From NCBI GenBank assembly GCA_965541585.1, contig CBEUCH010000002.1, positions 1 to 64,000 of the forward strand: a stretch of 64,000 nucleotides of DNA, in the 5' to 3' direction. Positions within the stretch are counted from its first letter, which is position 1, and each line of letters begins with the position of its first letter. Below are positions 38,051-48,309 of the stretch, piece after piece. Origin of the DNA: an uncultured bacterium. GTDB lineage: Bacteria > Zixibacteria > MSB-5A5 > UBA10806. A program made the position numbers and the translations under genes. The notes under the pieces are model-generated. The model saw only the letters and a list, made by a program, of their open reading frames with translations. It did not search any database and had not been told where the DNA came from.

Positions 38051-39214
38051 TTCCCTGACTTCAGCTAACGATATACAATCCAATATGTTAATCCCCAGCG
38101 CCCGAAATGTATTTTGCAGGTCGATCAATTCTTTTACATCTAACAAGGCTGCGTCAAATAGGATTATTTTGCGAAATGGAATCTGAGATGATATAAGGTT
38201 TTGCAATAGCGCTGGTTTAATCTCATCGATAGAATTGTCGCGAAAGTCTGCAACAGAATTCATAGTAATCATGGTTAACCCACTGGAATAAGCCAGACTA
38301 TCGATTCCATCAGGAGTGGGGTTATCATAAATATAGGCGGTTTTGGCCTCTCTGGCAAATTCGATAGCTGATCCTACGAATGCCGAGTCGAGACCGTCCG
38401 ATCTCCTGAAGAACATTGCCCCGGGATTGGGATGACGCGCCAATAGAGTTCTGACGAGCTCTCGATGGTTTTTTCCCTGGCGGTCTCGCTTGCTCTTTGA
38501 AGATTGCTTATTGTCCGATGATGCGAGTTCCGGCAGGTTCGATCCATTTGCCGGTAGCTCGATGATGGAGGTTATCCCGGCCTTTTCAAGCATTCTTTTC
38601 ATCCTGCTGGAGGGATAGATGTCGGGCGGAGCGAAATAACTGAAGGTGAAATCCTGATCGAGGATTTCAATCATCTTTTCATTGCTCAAAGCCCCCAGGT
38701 TCCGGAATACGAATGCGATTTCGCGACCGGAAAGTTTCGTCCTTCGATCTGTTTGTATTACGATTTGTGCACCCATAACTCTGCCCGACCCTATGGTGCA
38801 TAGGAGGCGTCCTTCTTTCCCGGATTCGATACAATCACACGTCAGCCCGTTGTCCCGGGATAGTTTTCGCAATCTCTCAACATAAAACTCAAACGGTAGA
38901 TTGTCCGGCCATGGTTGACGGATCCGTCGGATTATGTGACTGCCGTCGGACTCGCCAGGTTGAGTGAGCAGTGAATCTGTATAGGACGAATCACTCAGAT
39001 GAAAGCTTTCGCCGGCCTGGATCGCAAGGGAGTGTGCAAGCGCCTGGATCTCGCCGGGATCATCCGAAAGAAACAAGCCTTCGATCCTCCGCCATTGAGT
39101 ATTACCCACGATCAGGAGCAAGAGCAGAGCAGCCAGACCCAGGGCAATAGGGGCATTCTTATTAGCGGTTAGCCGTCGACGTTCTTTTCTGCTCAGGCGC
39201 TGAAGATTGCTCAT
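38042..39214 (-). CDS. Membrane-anchored divergent polysaccharide deacetylase-like (YibQ-like) protein, degenerate
   Basis: One N-terminal TM; GREIAFVFRNLG where YibQ has IAIVIDDxG; IELP where YibQ has HLP. Confidence 0.55.
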   Translation of the reverse strand: MSNLQRLSRKERRRLTANKNAPIALGLAALLLLLIVGNTQWRRIEGLFLSDDPGEIQALAHSLAIQAGESFHLSDSSYTDSLLTQPGESDGSHIIRRIRQPWPDNLPFEFYVERLRKLSRDNGLTCDCIESGKEGRLLCTIGSGRVMGAQIVIQTDRRTKLSGREIAFVFRNLGALSNEKMIEILDQDFTFSYFAPPDIYPSSRMKRMLEKAGITSIIELPANGSNLPELASSDNKQSSKSKRDRQGKNHRELVRTLLARHPNPGAMFFRRSDGLDSAFVGSAIEFAREAKTAYIYDNPTPDGIDSLAYSSGLTMITMNSVADFRDNSIDEIKPALLQNLISSQIPFRKIILFDAALLDVKELIDLQNTFRALGINILDCISLAEVRESL

Positions 39215-39216
39215 AT

Positions 39217-39801
39217 CTATCCGGTAAAGGAATGATCTTCCCAGACCACGATGCGCCAGAAACCATCGTTTGATTTGCGGATCTTAAACAAGGCGAGACC
39301 GTTAGCCTCGAATTGCTGATAATTGTAGGCTCCTGTTAAGTCTCTGAGGAACAGATGAAAGGTAACAATCCAGACTTCCCATATCTCGCCGTCGTGAAGG
39401 GACGGATCTTCAGGATCGAGCCTTTGAGGAATCCAGGTATCGAGCCGAATCTCGTTGAAAGCCTCGAAAAGACGCCGTGTCTGGGAGATATCCCCGGATG
39501 TCCCGTCACGGGGCACTTCGATTTCCTCGATCTGGCCCTGCCTGTCCTGGTCGATATAGATGAACATGAAATCGTAATCCAGGCAGTTCTCGTAGACGTC
39601 AATGTCGCGATTCTCGTATGCATAATTAAAATTGGATAACACGGCATAGGCGTTAACCGAATCGGGGCATTCACTGCAGTTTTGCGGAAGAATCGGGGCC
39701 AGCATGCCCGGGCCCACCTCCGGCGGCGCGAAGGGATTGGAGCATGAGAGGATAGCCGCTGTTGCAGCAAGAAACATTGTCCTGATATTCTTCTGGTTCA
39801 C
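39217..39801 (-). CDS. Lipoprotein, paralogue of the adjacent gene
   Basis: ILSC lipobox, NPF, NxxYAY, WRIVVWED; GTG start overlapping the upstream stop. Confidence 0.8.
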   Translation of the reverse strand: MNQKNIRTMFLAATAAILSCSNPFAPPEVGPGMLAPILPQNCSECPDSVNAYAVLSNFNYAYENRDIDVYENCLDYDFMFIYIDQDRQGQIEEIEVPRDGTSGDISQTRRLFEAFNEIRLDTWIPQRLDPEDPSLHDGEIWEVWIVTFHLFLRDLTGAYNYQQFEANGLALFKIRKSNDGFWRIVVWEDHSFTG

Positions 39802-40403
39802 CGTCGATACTCCGCCTTTATATCCCCCCAATCGATTTCACCCGACACGGCCGGTATATCCTCCCACAGGTAAATAGTCCACCAGTTGAGCTGCTCCTGA
39901 AAGAGATGGAAAGTGGCCAGTCCCCTGGCGATTACCGTATCGGAGGCTGTAGCCATCAGGACCAGGTTATAGCTTCTATATAATACAGCACTGGTATCCT
40001 CGATAATATCGCTATAATTCTCAGCAGGGGTCAGGGTTAAGAGCAGATTCAGAGTATCATTAGCCGAGTATATAGAGAACAAGTTGTTTGCCGCGCCGAC
40101 CTCCACCTGTTTATCCCAATCGGTAAAAAGATCGCCTCGACCGTCATTCACGGCGTCTATGGAATCCTCCGGCGAGGAGAATAGAAATGAATCGCAGAAA
40201 CAAAGCTGGTAGTTGGATATCACCATTTCGTTGTAGGCGAAAAGAAGATTCTGCACGGTCACTCCCGGAGATTGGGGAGTCTCCCAGGTGCCGGCGGATC
40301 CATAAGGGTCCTGTGTTCCCCTGGTGGAGAATGGATTCTTCGCACAGGCCGCCACCATAATAAGTAAATAAATTGCGCCCGTTTTTAGATGCCGCCGGTT
40401 CAA
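39798..40403 (-). CDS. Lipoprotein, paralogue of the adjacent gene
   Basis: VAAC lipobox, NPF, NLLFAY, WTIYLWED. Confidence 0.8.
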   Translation of the reverse strand: MNRRHLKTGAIYLLIMVAACAKNPFSTRGTQDPYGSAGTWETPQSPGVTVQNLLFAYNEMVISNYQLCFCDSFLFSSPEDSIDAVNDGRGDLFTDWDKQVEVGAANNLFSIYSANDTLNLLLTLTPAENYSDIIEDTSAVLYRSYNLVLMATASDTVIARGLATFHLFQEQLNWWTIYLWEDIPAVSGEIDWGDIKAEYRR

Positions 40404-42217
40404 AACATATACTCCATTGAAACCTTTATGTAATCATTGGTCTCCTTGGGGCGATCCATGAATCTTCGCAGTCGATGAGAGAAATCTGCCATTATGTTCT
40501 GCCGGTCGCTCCAGTTGAATATTATCTGGAATTGGAAAAACATCTTAACCTGCTCGTCCTTCAATTCTCTTATCTCGAGGGGAACGGCAAGTTCCTTTGA
40601 AGGATCGACCGAATGATCGTAGTCGCTGGTTTTCTCCCAGAAGAAATATGGCGAAATTCTAATTATTTTTATCGGCTGGTAAAGAATCCTGGTTTCCAGG
40701 CCGTTTCGTCTTCTATCCCAGCTAACCGCCTGCTGCCAGCCGTCGTCCCAGATTAACTGTCCGTAATCTTCGTAACGGTAGAGAAATCCCTGCGTGAACG
40801 TCAACCTCTCTGAAATGATCGCCTTCACCTCCGTGCGCGACGTGGCCCGCCTGAAGATTCTGTTTTTGGTTGCGATTTTCTTCCGGTCGAAATCGAATGT
40901 TATATAATTGGCCTGGATATCGAACGATTGTGTGATAAAAAGCCCGCGGTGCGGAACCCATCTCACTAGTGGAGTTAATATATATGTATCATTTCTGCCG
41001 TTATTTGCGGACCCGACTCCCGAAACATAGATCTGGTGAAAACTGTTGGCGCCGCCGGTTAATTCTGCAGAGAAGTATTCGGTGAAAACGTGGCTGTATC
41101 CGCCATTTACCATAATCGTTTTCTGATCGCGGTCATCGCGATCGGAGCCGGCATTCGGATTGATGTAGGATGTTACACCAAAAACCATATCGGCCGAAAT
41201 AGTGTCTTGAGGTGATAATATTACCTTCCCATGAAGCGATAATTCCCCGGTGTCCGTACGCTGGTCCAGCTCCCGGCCCTGGAAATCCTCATTTGTTTTA
41301 CCCCAGGTATAATCTATAGATAACCGGGCGGCATCCATGATATTTCCAATCAACTTTATTTCATATCCTCCGCCGCGACCATAATTGTCCCTCTGGCTTT
41401 GCGGCGTATCGCTGAATTGACTCTGGCGGTAGAGATATCTGGACAGGTGGGCGTTGCCATCGAAGCTCAAACGAAATTCAGCCGGCAGTGCCACCGAAAG
41501 CGCAAAAACTGCCTGCCTCTCCTGTTTGATCTGCTTGGTTATATCTTCTACCTTGCCGCCCAAGCCGTAATATTTGGTGGTTGCCTCGAGTCCTCTCAGT
41601 GACACCGATAACGTATCCGAATCCGCGAAACTGGCTGACGCATTAAAATCGCCCTTGCCTTCTTGACGCGGGATATTGGAGAGACTGACTTTATTGTAGG
41701 ATAAGCTGGTGCTCAAGTTGATCCCCCTGAATTCGGTGGGGAAGACCCTCCCTTCAATACCATAGCCGAGGCCCTTTTCATCGAGTTGAGTCTCCAATTC
41801 CGATCGCCTCTTGTTATCGGCACGGATCATCGGGCGAAACTCGATAGATCTTGCCGGCCTTAATGAAAATCCCATAGCCAACGCCGATGTTCTTACCCGG
41901 CGTCGGTCGAGGCCGTTGACTGTGTATTCTCCGGAAGATATAAACTTAATCCTGTTCCTGAGAGACACCTCCGAGTTGAAGCCGGCGGTGGCACTCTCCT
42001 GCCAGCGGTCAAAGGAACCCTTGATCAGGTTCGACCGCCCGTCGAAATAAGACCTGATGCTATTCGGCCCTCTGCCGGCAGTATGACTGAAGGAAGTCAA
42101 CCAGTTATATGTATTGTTGTCCCGGTCGAAATCGACCCTGATTCCCGCTCCGGCGATTTGCGGAATACCGGTAGCTGCAATCGTAACAAGGATGACTGTT
42201 ACAATACGTTTATACAT
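40400..42217 (-). CDS. Predicted outer-membrane beta-barrel protein
   Basis: Signal peptide, alternating beta strands, C-terminal YIKVSMEYMF. Confidence 0.75.
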   Translation of the reverse strand: MYKRIVTVILVTIAATGIPQIAGAGIRVDFDRDNNTYNWLTSFSHTAGRGPNSIRSYFDGRSNLIKGSFDRWQESATAGFNSEVSLRNRIKFISSGEYTVNGLDRRRVRTSALAMGFSLRPARSIEFRPMIRADNKRRSELETQLDEKGLGYGIEGRVFPTEFRGINLSTSLSYNKVSLSNIPRQEGKGDFNASASFADSDTLSVSLRGLEATTKYYGLGGKVEDITKQIKQERQAVFALSVALPAEFRLSFDGNAHLSRYLYRQSQFSDTPQSQRDNYGRGGGYEIKLIGNIMDAARLSIDYTWGKTNEDFQGRELDQRTDTGELSLHGKVILSPQDTISADMVFGVTSYINPNAGSDRDDRDQKTIMVNGGYSHVFTEYFSAELTGGANSFHQIYVSGVGSANNGRNDTYILTPLVRWVPHRGLFITQSFDIQANYITFDFDRKKIATKNRIFRRATSRTEVKAIISERLTFTQGFLYRYEDYGQLIWDDGWQQAVSWDRRRNGLETRILYQPIKIIRISPYFFWEKTSDYDHSVDPSKELAVPLEIRELKDEQVKMFFQFQIIFNWSDRQNIMADFSHRLRRFMDRPKETNDYIKVSMEYMF

Positions 42218-43010
42218 CGATTCTCACGGCCCTATATAGATTTGCAAGTTCCTTTAGCGAGAGCTGTTCCGCCCTGGTATCCGATTTCCGGCCAAGAGAA
42301 GCCAGGCTATTTTCGATAGTCTCCCTTGAAATCTCTGTGGCAGCGGCCAGGGAATTTATCAGTTTCTTTCTCTTATGAAAAAAGCATCCTCTCAAGAACT
42401 TCCTGAATTTCATGTAATCCATCTCCCTGTCGAGTTTCTCATGGGGATCGAGCCGCAAAACGGTTGAGTCGACTTTTGGCCTTGGAGCAAAACAACCTGC
42501 GGGAATATCGAATAGCTTGCTGATGTCATAAAAGCATTGCACCATGACGGATAAAGAACCATAATCACGACTCCCGGGTTCTGCCTTCAAGCGTTCGGCA
42601 ACCTGCTTTTGAACCGTAATGACCGCAGACCTTATACAACTGTGGTGTTCGATCAACCATTCTGCGACGGCTCCACTTATATTAAACGGCAGATTTCCTA
42701 TCACCTTGATCCCACTCGGCGCCAGATCGCTTGGATCCAGTCCGATAATATCGCCCTCTATTAATTCAAACCGTCCCATACCGCCGAATCGTTCCTGGAG
42801 ATTCCCGGTAAGATCTCTGTCGATTTCCACGGCCGTAAGATCAGCGCCCTTTGCCAGTATTCGTTCGGTGAGTGTCCCCGTCCCGGCTCCTATTTCCAGA
42901 ACCGTTTCTCCCTCTTCAATATGTAAAGCATCCACCAACCGCTCCGCTTTTCGCGGATCGATCAGGAAGTGCTGTCCGAATCTCTTTTTTGGCCTGTTCA
43001 TTCGTTTCAA
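42210..43010 (-). CDS. rsmA: 16S rRNA adenine dimethyltransferase
   Basis: PKKRFGQHFL, LEIGAGTG, GNLPFNIS, YGSLSV, PKVDS, RAEQLS. Confidence 0.95.
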   Translation of the reverse strand: MKRMNRPKKRFGQHFLIDPRKAERLVDALHIEEGETVLEIGAGTGTLTERILAKGADLTAVEIDRDLTGNLQERFGGMGRFELIEGDIIGLDPSDLAPSGIKVIGNLPFNISGAVAEWLIEHHSCIRSAVITVQKQVAERLKAEPGSRDYGSLSVMVQCFYDISKLFDIPAGCFAPRPKVDSTVLRLDPHEKLDREMDYMKFRKFLRGCFFHKRKKLINSLAAATEISRETIENSLASLGRKSDTRAEQLSLKELANLYRAVRIDV

Positions 43011-43014
43011 TCGC

Positions 43015-44382
43015 TCAGAAATCAGATTTTGAGTATTTTCGAATCTTAAGCTCCGTGCTCAATTCCGCCGCCAGCTTGCGGCAAGCCTCGAGATCGACCT
43101 CGGGCAGGTCGACTACAGTGACAGCCGTCCGTATGCCATGCGATCGGCATCCCCTGACAAACTCGATCAATGCCCCGTAGGCGTTTTCGCCGTGATCCGG
43201 TTTGCAGATCTCAACATAAGTCTGCGCATCCTGAGCATTGAGACTGACCGAAACCCTGTCTATCAGTCCTGCCAACCTCGACGGCAAATCGGTTTTATTA
43301 ATAAGGCTGCCATGACCGTTGGTATTGAGCCTTGTTCGGTGGCCTCCGGCCTTCAATACACTGGCGATCTGAAGCAGTTCTTTCAAACGGATCGTCGGTT
43401 CGCCCAGGCCGCAGAACACTACCTCATCGAAATCAGACTCGGCGTCTATGGCAGATAAGACCTGCTCGGCAGTTGGCTCCGGATTCAAAAGAAGATAATG
43501 CCCGGCGACATAACCGCTGCCGGACGCAGTCCTGTGGCAGAAATAGCAGTTGCAGCTGCATCTGTTGGTCAGATTGAGATATAGGGAGCTCTTTATCTTA
43601 TAGACGATCCTCGGCGTCTTATTCAGAGGCAGACCGAACAGCCTGCTGGCATTGTATGATGTCATTCGCTCGATATCATCAAAAGCATAGCGAGGAAAAA
43701 TCTCGGTTAGCTTCTCCAACACATATCTGACGTATTCCGGTCTATTTCGCTTACCCCTGAAAGCCTGGGGAGTCAGGTAAGGAGAATCAGTCTCCGTGAC
43801 TATTCTCGAAATGGGCAAAGATCCCGCAACCCGGGAACGGGTCGATCCGGGATAGGTTATCGGTCCTGCAAAGGATATGAAAAATCCCATATCTATCCCG
43901 GCTCTGGCTTCATCCTCGTCGCCCGGGAAAGAATGCAAAACACCTCTTTTGATGCCGGAATTCTCCAGAATCCTCAAAGATTCATCAATCGATTCCCGGA
44001 TATGAACAACCACCGGTAGATCGAGCATTAGCGCCAACTCCAATTGTTCCTTGAAAACTCGCTTCTGGGTATCCCGCGGCGAGAGCTTACGGTAGAAATC
44101 CAGCCCGATCTCCCCGATGGCGACTACCTTTTTATGAGCCGCCATCTCGGCCAACCGGGCGACATAATCTCCCGGGCAATCTTTAGAATCGTGGGGATGA
44201 ACTCCTACCGAGGCATAGATAGGCCCATACTTTTCGGCCAGCTCAATCGACTCCCGGGAGCTTTCCAGGTCGGTGCCGATATTGACTATCGCTTCCAGCC
44301 CGTTATCGAGGCCCGATCTGATGACCTGGTCCCGATCGGAGTCGTAATGTCGAAAGTCAAGATGCGCATGGGTGTCTATCAT
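43015..44382 (-). CDS. tatD: TatD family nuclease fused to TatD-associated radical SAM domain
   Basis: DTHAH, GEIGLD, HSF, ETDSPYL; then NLTNRCSCNCYFC, VVFCGLGEP, NTNGHG. Confidence 0.92.
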   Translation of the reverse strand: MIDTHAHLDFRHYDSDRDQVIRSGLDNGLEAIVNIGTDLESSRESIELAEKYGPIYASVGVHPHDSKDCPGDYVARLAEMAAHKKVVAIGEIGLDFYRKLSPRDTQKRVFKEQLELALMLDLPVVVHIRESIDESLRILENSGIKRGVLHSFPGDEDEARAGIDMGFFISFAGPITYPGSTRSRVAGSLPISRIVTETDSPYLTPQAFRGKRNRPEYVRYVLEKLTEIFPRYAFDDIERMTSYNASRLFGLPLNKTPRIVYKIKSSLYLNLTNRCSCNCYFCHRTASGSGYVAGHYLLLNPEPTAEQVLSAIDAESDFDEVVFCGLGEPTIRLKELLQIASVLKAGGHRTRLNTNGHGSLINKTDLPSRLAGLIDRVSVSLNAQDAQTYVEICKPDHGENAYGALIEFVRGCRSHGIRTAVTVVDLPEVDLEACRKLAAELSTELKIRKYSKSDF

Positions 44383-44388
44383 GGCGAC

Positions 44389-44416
44389 AATATAAGGGTT
44401 GCCGGAGGCAAATCAA
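44389..44416 (-). promoter_or_regulatory. sigma70-like promoter, leaderless configuration for tatD
   Basis: TTGATT-N16-TATATT-N6-ATG, no SD. Confidence 0.55.
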
Positions 44417-44551
44417 AGAAGCGAGCGGGCAAAAGCTATCAGGACGAATTACCCGCAGGGCGGTTATCTACGGTCTCTTTTTGTATAGCCTGCTGGAATT
44501 AATGTCAGACAGATAAATTCGACATTTGAGATTTATAATAACATATCCTCC

Positions 44552-44578
44552 AAAAGGTTCACTGAAATCATCCGATTT
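44552..44578 (+). promoter_or_regulatory. sigma28-like promoter for the HD-GYP gene
   Basis: AAAAG-N14-TCCGATTT, ATG 8 nt downstream. Confidence 0.4.
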
Positions 44579-44586
44579 ATAATACG

Positions 44587-45561
44587 ATGACCGAAGATCT
44601 CAAGACGGAGGAGTTCGCCCCTATTAGCCTCGGAATAATGAGGCTCGAAAAGGTGCCGGGGTTTGATCTATACCTTATGGGTGAGAAAGGACCGGTGCTC
44701 TATCGCGAGCGGAATGTCAGGTTTACTCGCCGGAATTTAACCTCCCTGCTTGAGAACAATGTCCAGTATCTGTATTTCAAGAGCGAAGACACGGACAATT
44801 ATTATCAGTACATAGAGAACAACCTCGACAGGATAGTCGAGGATACCAAAGTACCGCGGACCAATAAGGCCTCGTTAGTTTATAGAACGTCATCCTACCT
44901 GGCCAGCCAGATGATGCTCCAGCCGGAATCCGGCCAATTGGTTAAGAGGGCGGCTAAGGTTATGGATTCCGTCATAACATTCACTTCTAAAGATAGGATG
45001 GCCTATAAGGATATTATTCAGATATTGCCCTGTGATTACTATACTCATTCCCACTGCGCCAACGTTGCTACCTACAGCCTCGCTCTGGGGCAGCTAATGG
45101 GTTTGACGGTCGCCTCCGGATTATGGGAGTTGACACTGGGGGCACTTCTACATGATATCGGCAAATCAAGGGTCCCGCCGGAAATCCTCAATAAAAAAGG
45201 GCGACTGACAGAGGAGGAATTCGAAATCGTCAAGAAGCATGTGGAATGGGGCGTTGAGATAGCAGGCAAAACAGCGGCGGTTCCGGAAAACTCCTATCTT
45301 GCCATATCACAGCACCATGAGAGACTTAGTGGATCGGGATACCCTGCAGGAATTAAGGATCTTCATCAGTTCGGGCTTATCGTCGCTGTGGCCGATACGT
45401 TTGATGCTATCACAACCAACAGGCCATATGAAAAGCGCAGGTCCTCATTCGAGGCACTCTCCGTGATTCAGGCAAATAAGGGGGAATACGATCCGGGGGT
45501 AATAAAGGCTCTGATAAAAGTGATGGCGGCCAGGGAATGCAAGGTAAAAGTATCCCTTTAA
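44587..45561 (+). CDS. HD-GYP cyclic-dinucleotide phosphodiesterase
   Basis: YTHSHC, LLHDIGK, HHERLSGSGYP, ADTFDAITTNRPY. Confidence 0.92.
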   Translation: MTEDLKTEEFAPISLGIMRLEKVPGFDLYLMGEKGPVLYRERNVRFTRRNLTSLLENNVQYLYFKSEDTDNYYQYIENNLDRIVEDTKVPRTNKASLVYRTSSYLASQMMLQPESGQLVKRAAKVMDSVITFTSKDRMAYKDIIQILPCDYYTHSHCANVATYSLALGQLMGLTVASGLWELTLGALLHDIGKSRVPPEILNKKGRLTEEEFEIVKKHVEWGVEIAGKTAAVPENSYLAISQHHERLSGSGYPAGIKDLHQFGLIVAVADTFDAITTNRPYEKRRSSFEALSVIQANKGEYDPGVIKALIKVMAARECKVKVSL

Positions 45562-45585
45562 GCCAGACAGAAGATTTACCGATAA
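45558..45585 (+). promoter_or_regulatory. sigma28-like promoter for the kinase gene
   Basis: TTAAG-N15-ACCGATAA. Confidence 0.5.
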
Positions 45586-45677
45586 TTATAGCGAAAATGG
45601 ACTCAGACCTTCGGGAGGCTCATTCTGGATAATTCAGGCATCAATAGCTTTTAGGATAATACCCGCGTTGGAATCAA

Positions 45678-48110
45678 ATGAAGAAAATTAGAAACCTAAT
45701 TTCCCGGCTCCCGGCCAGAATCGTAATTCTGTGTACAGGTGCAATCATCGTTCCCTTTTTACTGGTTTCGGCAGCACTGCTGGTTCATTACCTCGATAAA
45801 TCAATAACGGATAAATCCTCTTTCGTCCTGAAATGGAGCAAAATAGCCTCGCTTATCGCATCGGAGACATCCCATGCTATCGACGATAACCTGTTCATCG
45901 ACAATGAGTTTGCATCATATCTGTATGGCCTTCCCGCATTTTCCGATGACATGATCTCCATTTTACTGCTCGACAATCATGATCGCCCGATATTCACTGT
46001 CGGCGATACCAGGAATGAAGACAGTTTGTTAACATATTTCGTATCCCGCTCCTCCTCGATGAGCAACAACGCAGCGTTGCCCGAAGAAACCAACCTTGAC
46101 TATGCCATATTTACCTCCCCGGTTACCAGAGACGGCAGGAACCTGGCCGCGGTGGTGATTACAGTAGATCACGCAGTAATCTACGAGGGCTTTGGTTCAT
46201 TATTAGCCCGAGCCTTTACGGCGGCCCTGATCCCGATGATCCTGTGGAGCCTTCTGGTGATCTATGCCGCCTATCGTATCAGGCGATACACCTCTGTCAA
46301 GGAGAGATTTCAAACGGCAGCCATGGAACTTGCAGCCATGGGATTCGAGTCAAACGATCCTGAAACCCTGGCTGAGAATTCTCTAAAAGAATTGATCCCG
46401 GCCCTGGGATTGAAAGATGGTTCCATCTATCAAAAAAACAGCGCTACGGGAGCGATAGAGCGCCTGGCCTATTATTCGATCCCCGAATCAACGAATAGAC
46501 CCGGTGGGCAGGCATTCGTGCCTGGCGATCCTCGGCTTCAGGCGATGGCCGAGGGACAACTCAAGATATATTGCCGGACGAGTTCGGGTCGGACTCTCCT
46601 GATCGAGAAAATTGATAAGACGATAGAAAACGGCAGAATCGCGATACCGCTTGCAGCAGAATCTGAATCCTTTGGTTTGCTTGATCTGGGTATTCCTCCT
46701 CGGATGAAGTTTAACCGGCAGAAGCTGAAAGTCTGCGGGCGTTTAGCCAGGAGGATTGCCGTTTCTATACAGCGAACGCTTAAACTTGCTGACGCTTTAA
46801 GGAGAGTAGCCGAGTCTAAGCTAACGTTGGAGGCAGTTGATATTGTAGATTCATCCGAGGATCTTCTCGGTGCCCTTGCCGAACTATCCGGAAAGATTGT
46901 CGAACTGGAGAACGTCTCTTTCTGCCGAATCTTTATGGTCGATGAGGACGGAAGCAAACTGGCTCTGAGGGCTGAGACCAGTGCCGGCGATGGAGCTCCG
47001 ACCGGAACAACAGGCAAGGCCTACGATATCGAGGATCTGCCCATTCACAAGATCGCCATACTGTCAGGCCAGTCCCAGATATTGAAAGCGGAGGAAATAG
47101 AGAGGCTATTTCTGGAAAAGAAGGATTTTTATAAACCGGGGATGGAAAACGGATTGGTCATGATAACACCGCTCATCTACGATGATCGGCGGCTCGGGTG
47201 TTTATCGGTTGGGATTGATGGCAGCCCCGATCTTCCGGTGGAGATGAAAAGTCTTCTCGAGGATCTCGCTCATCATGTATCATCGTCAATTCATAGATCT
47301 CAATACTGTTCCAGGTTGACAAGATCGTTCGATAAACTCCAGGCTGCCCAGAGCCGCTCGGTACAGATTGAACGTCTCCGGGCCATTACGGATTTATCCA
47401 GAGGTATTTCTGGTAGCCTTGAGAATCTGTTGGGTTCCATAAGAAACGAAGTCGATAGCTTGAAACAGATGGCGGTTAATGACAAATTTGCGGCGATTCT
47501 GAAATCCATCGATGCAACGATCGATGATTATGATGAGATGGTAAATGAGTTCAAAGGTTTTTTGAGTATAGGTCAGAGCAGAAAGTTCCAGCAGGTAGAA
47601 TTGGCAAGGGTAATTCAGCAGATTGAAGAACAATTGAGAGAAAATGGACCGATTGACCTTAAGGAAGCGGGAAATATCAGGCTGGAGGTCACAATAACCG
47701 GTTCGGGACAGATATTCGGCGATCAGGAGCTTTTGTGCACGATGATAGAGGATATGGTGCGCAACAGTGTGGAGGCCATGCCGCATGGCGGCGCGATCAC
47801 AATCGAATCGCTGGTAGAGCATAAGCAGGCGGTGCTTGAAATAAGAGACCAGGGCACCGGTATGTCCGCTGAAGCTAAAAGCAGAATATTCGAGCCGTTT
47901 TTTACGACCAAGGATGGCATCGGCCGGGGCTTGGGGATGTCCAAGGTGTACGGAATAATCACCGCGCACGATGGTACTGTTGATATCGAAAGCGAAATCG
48001 GCCGGGGAACCAGGATAACGGTGAAAATACCGCTGATCGATCCGGAGCAGACCGCTCTGTATGAGGTAAAAAAGGGAACCACCAGAGGTATTCCTCTTTC
48101 ACCATCTTGA
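45678..48110 (+). CDS. Membrane sensor with two GAF-like domains and HATPase domain; H-box lacks His
   Basis: 2 TM; RNSVEAM, DQGTGM, IFEPFFTTK, GRGLGMS; H-box reads GISGSLENLL. Confidence 0.85.
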   Translation: MKKIRNLISRLPARIVILCTGAIIVPFLLVSAALLVHYLDKSITDKSSFVLKWSKIASLIASETSHAIDDNLFIDNEFASYLYGLPAFSDDMISILLLDNHDRPIFTVGDTRNEDSLLTYFVSRSSSMSNNAALPEETNLDYAIFTSPVTRDGRNLAAVVITVDHAVIYEGFGSLLARAFTAALIPMILWSLLVIYAAYRIRRYTSVKERFQTAAMELAAMGFESNDPETLAENSLKELIPALGLKDGSIYQKNSATGAIERLAYYSIPESTNRPGGQAFVPGDPRLQAMAEGQLKIYCRTSSGRTLLIEKIDKTIENGRIAIPLAAESESFGLLDLGIPPRMKFNRQKLKVCGRLARRIAVSIQRTLKLADALRRVAESKLTLEAVDIVDSSEDLLGALAELSGKIVELENVSFCRIFMVDEDGSKLALRAETSAGDGAPTGTTGKAYDIEDLPIHKIAILSGQSQILKAEEIERLFLEKKDFYKPGMENGLVMITPLIYDDRRLGCLSVGIDGSPDLPVEMKSLLEDLAHHVSSSIHRSQYCSRLTRSFDKLQAAQSRSVQIERLRAITDLSRGISGSLENLLGSIRNEVDSLKQMAVNDKFAAILKSIDATIDDYDEMVNEFKGFLSIGQSRKFQQVELARVIQQIEEQLRENGPIDLKEAGNIRLEVTITGSGQIFGDQELLCTMIEDMVRNSVEAMPHGGAITIESLVEHKQAVLEIRDQGTGMSAEAKSRIFEPFFTTKDGIGRGLGMSKVYGIITAHDGTVDIESEIGRGTRITVKIPLIDPEQTALYEVKKGTTRGIPLSPS

Positions 48111-48309
48111 TATTTCGCTTAATTAAGGTCTCATATATGCCTGATTGCAGAAGAGATCTTAAAGCTGACTGAAATATCTTATCAAGAGTTCTGCATCAAT
48201 TCTGATCAAGGGCGATGGTGGCATCTAACCTATTTCCTCAAATACGACTTTCTCCGGATTTCAGACCTTTTCTCCTGCAATGGTCATCAAATGCTTTCAA
48301 TGGAATCCA

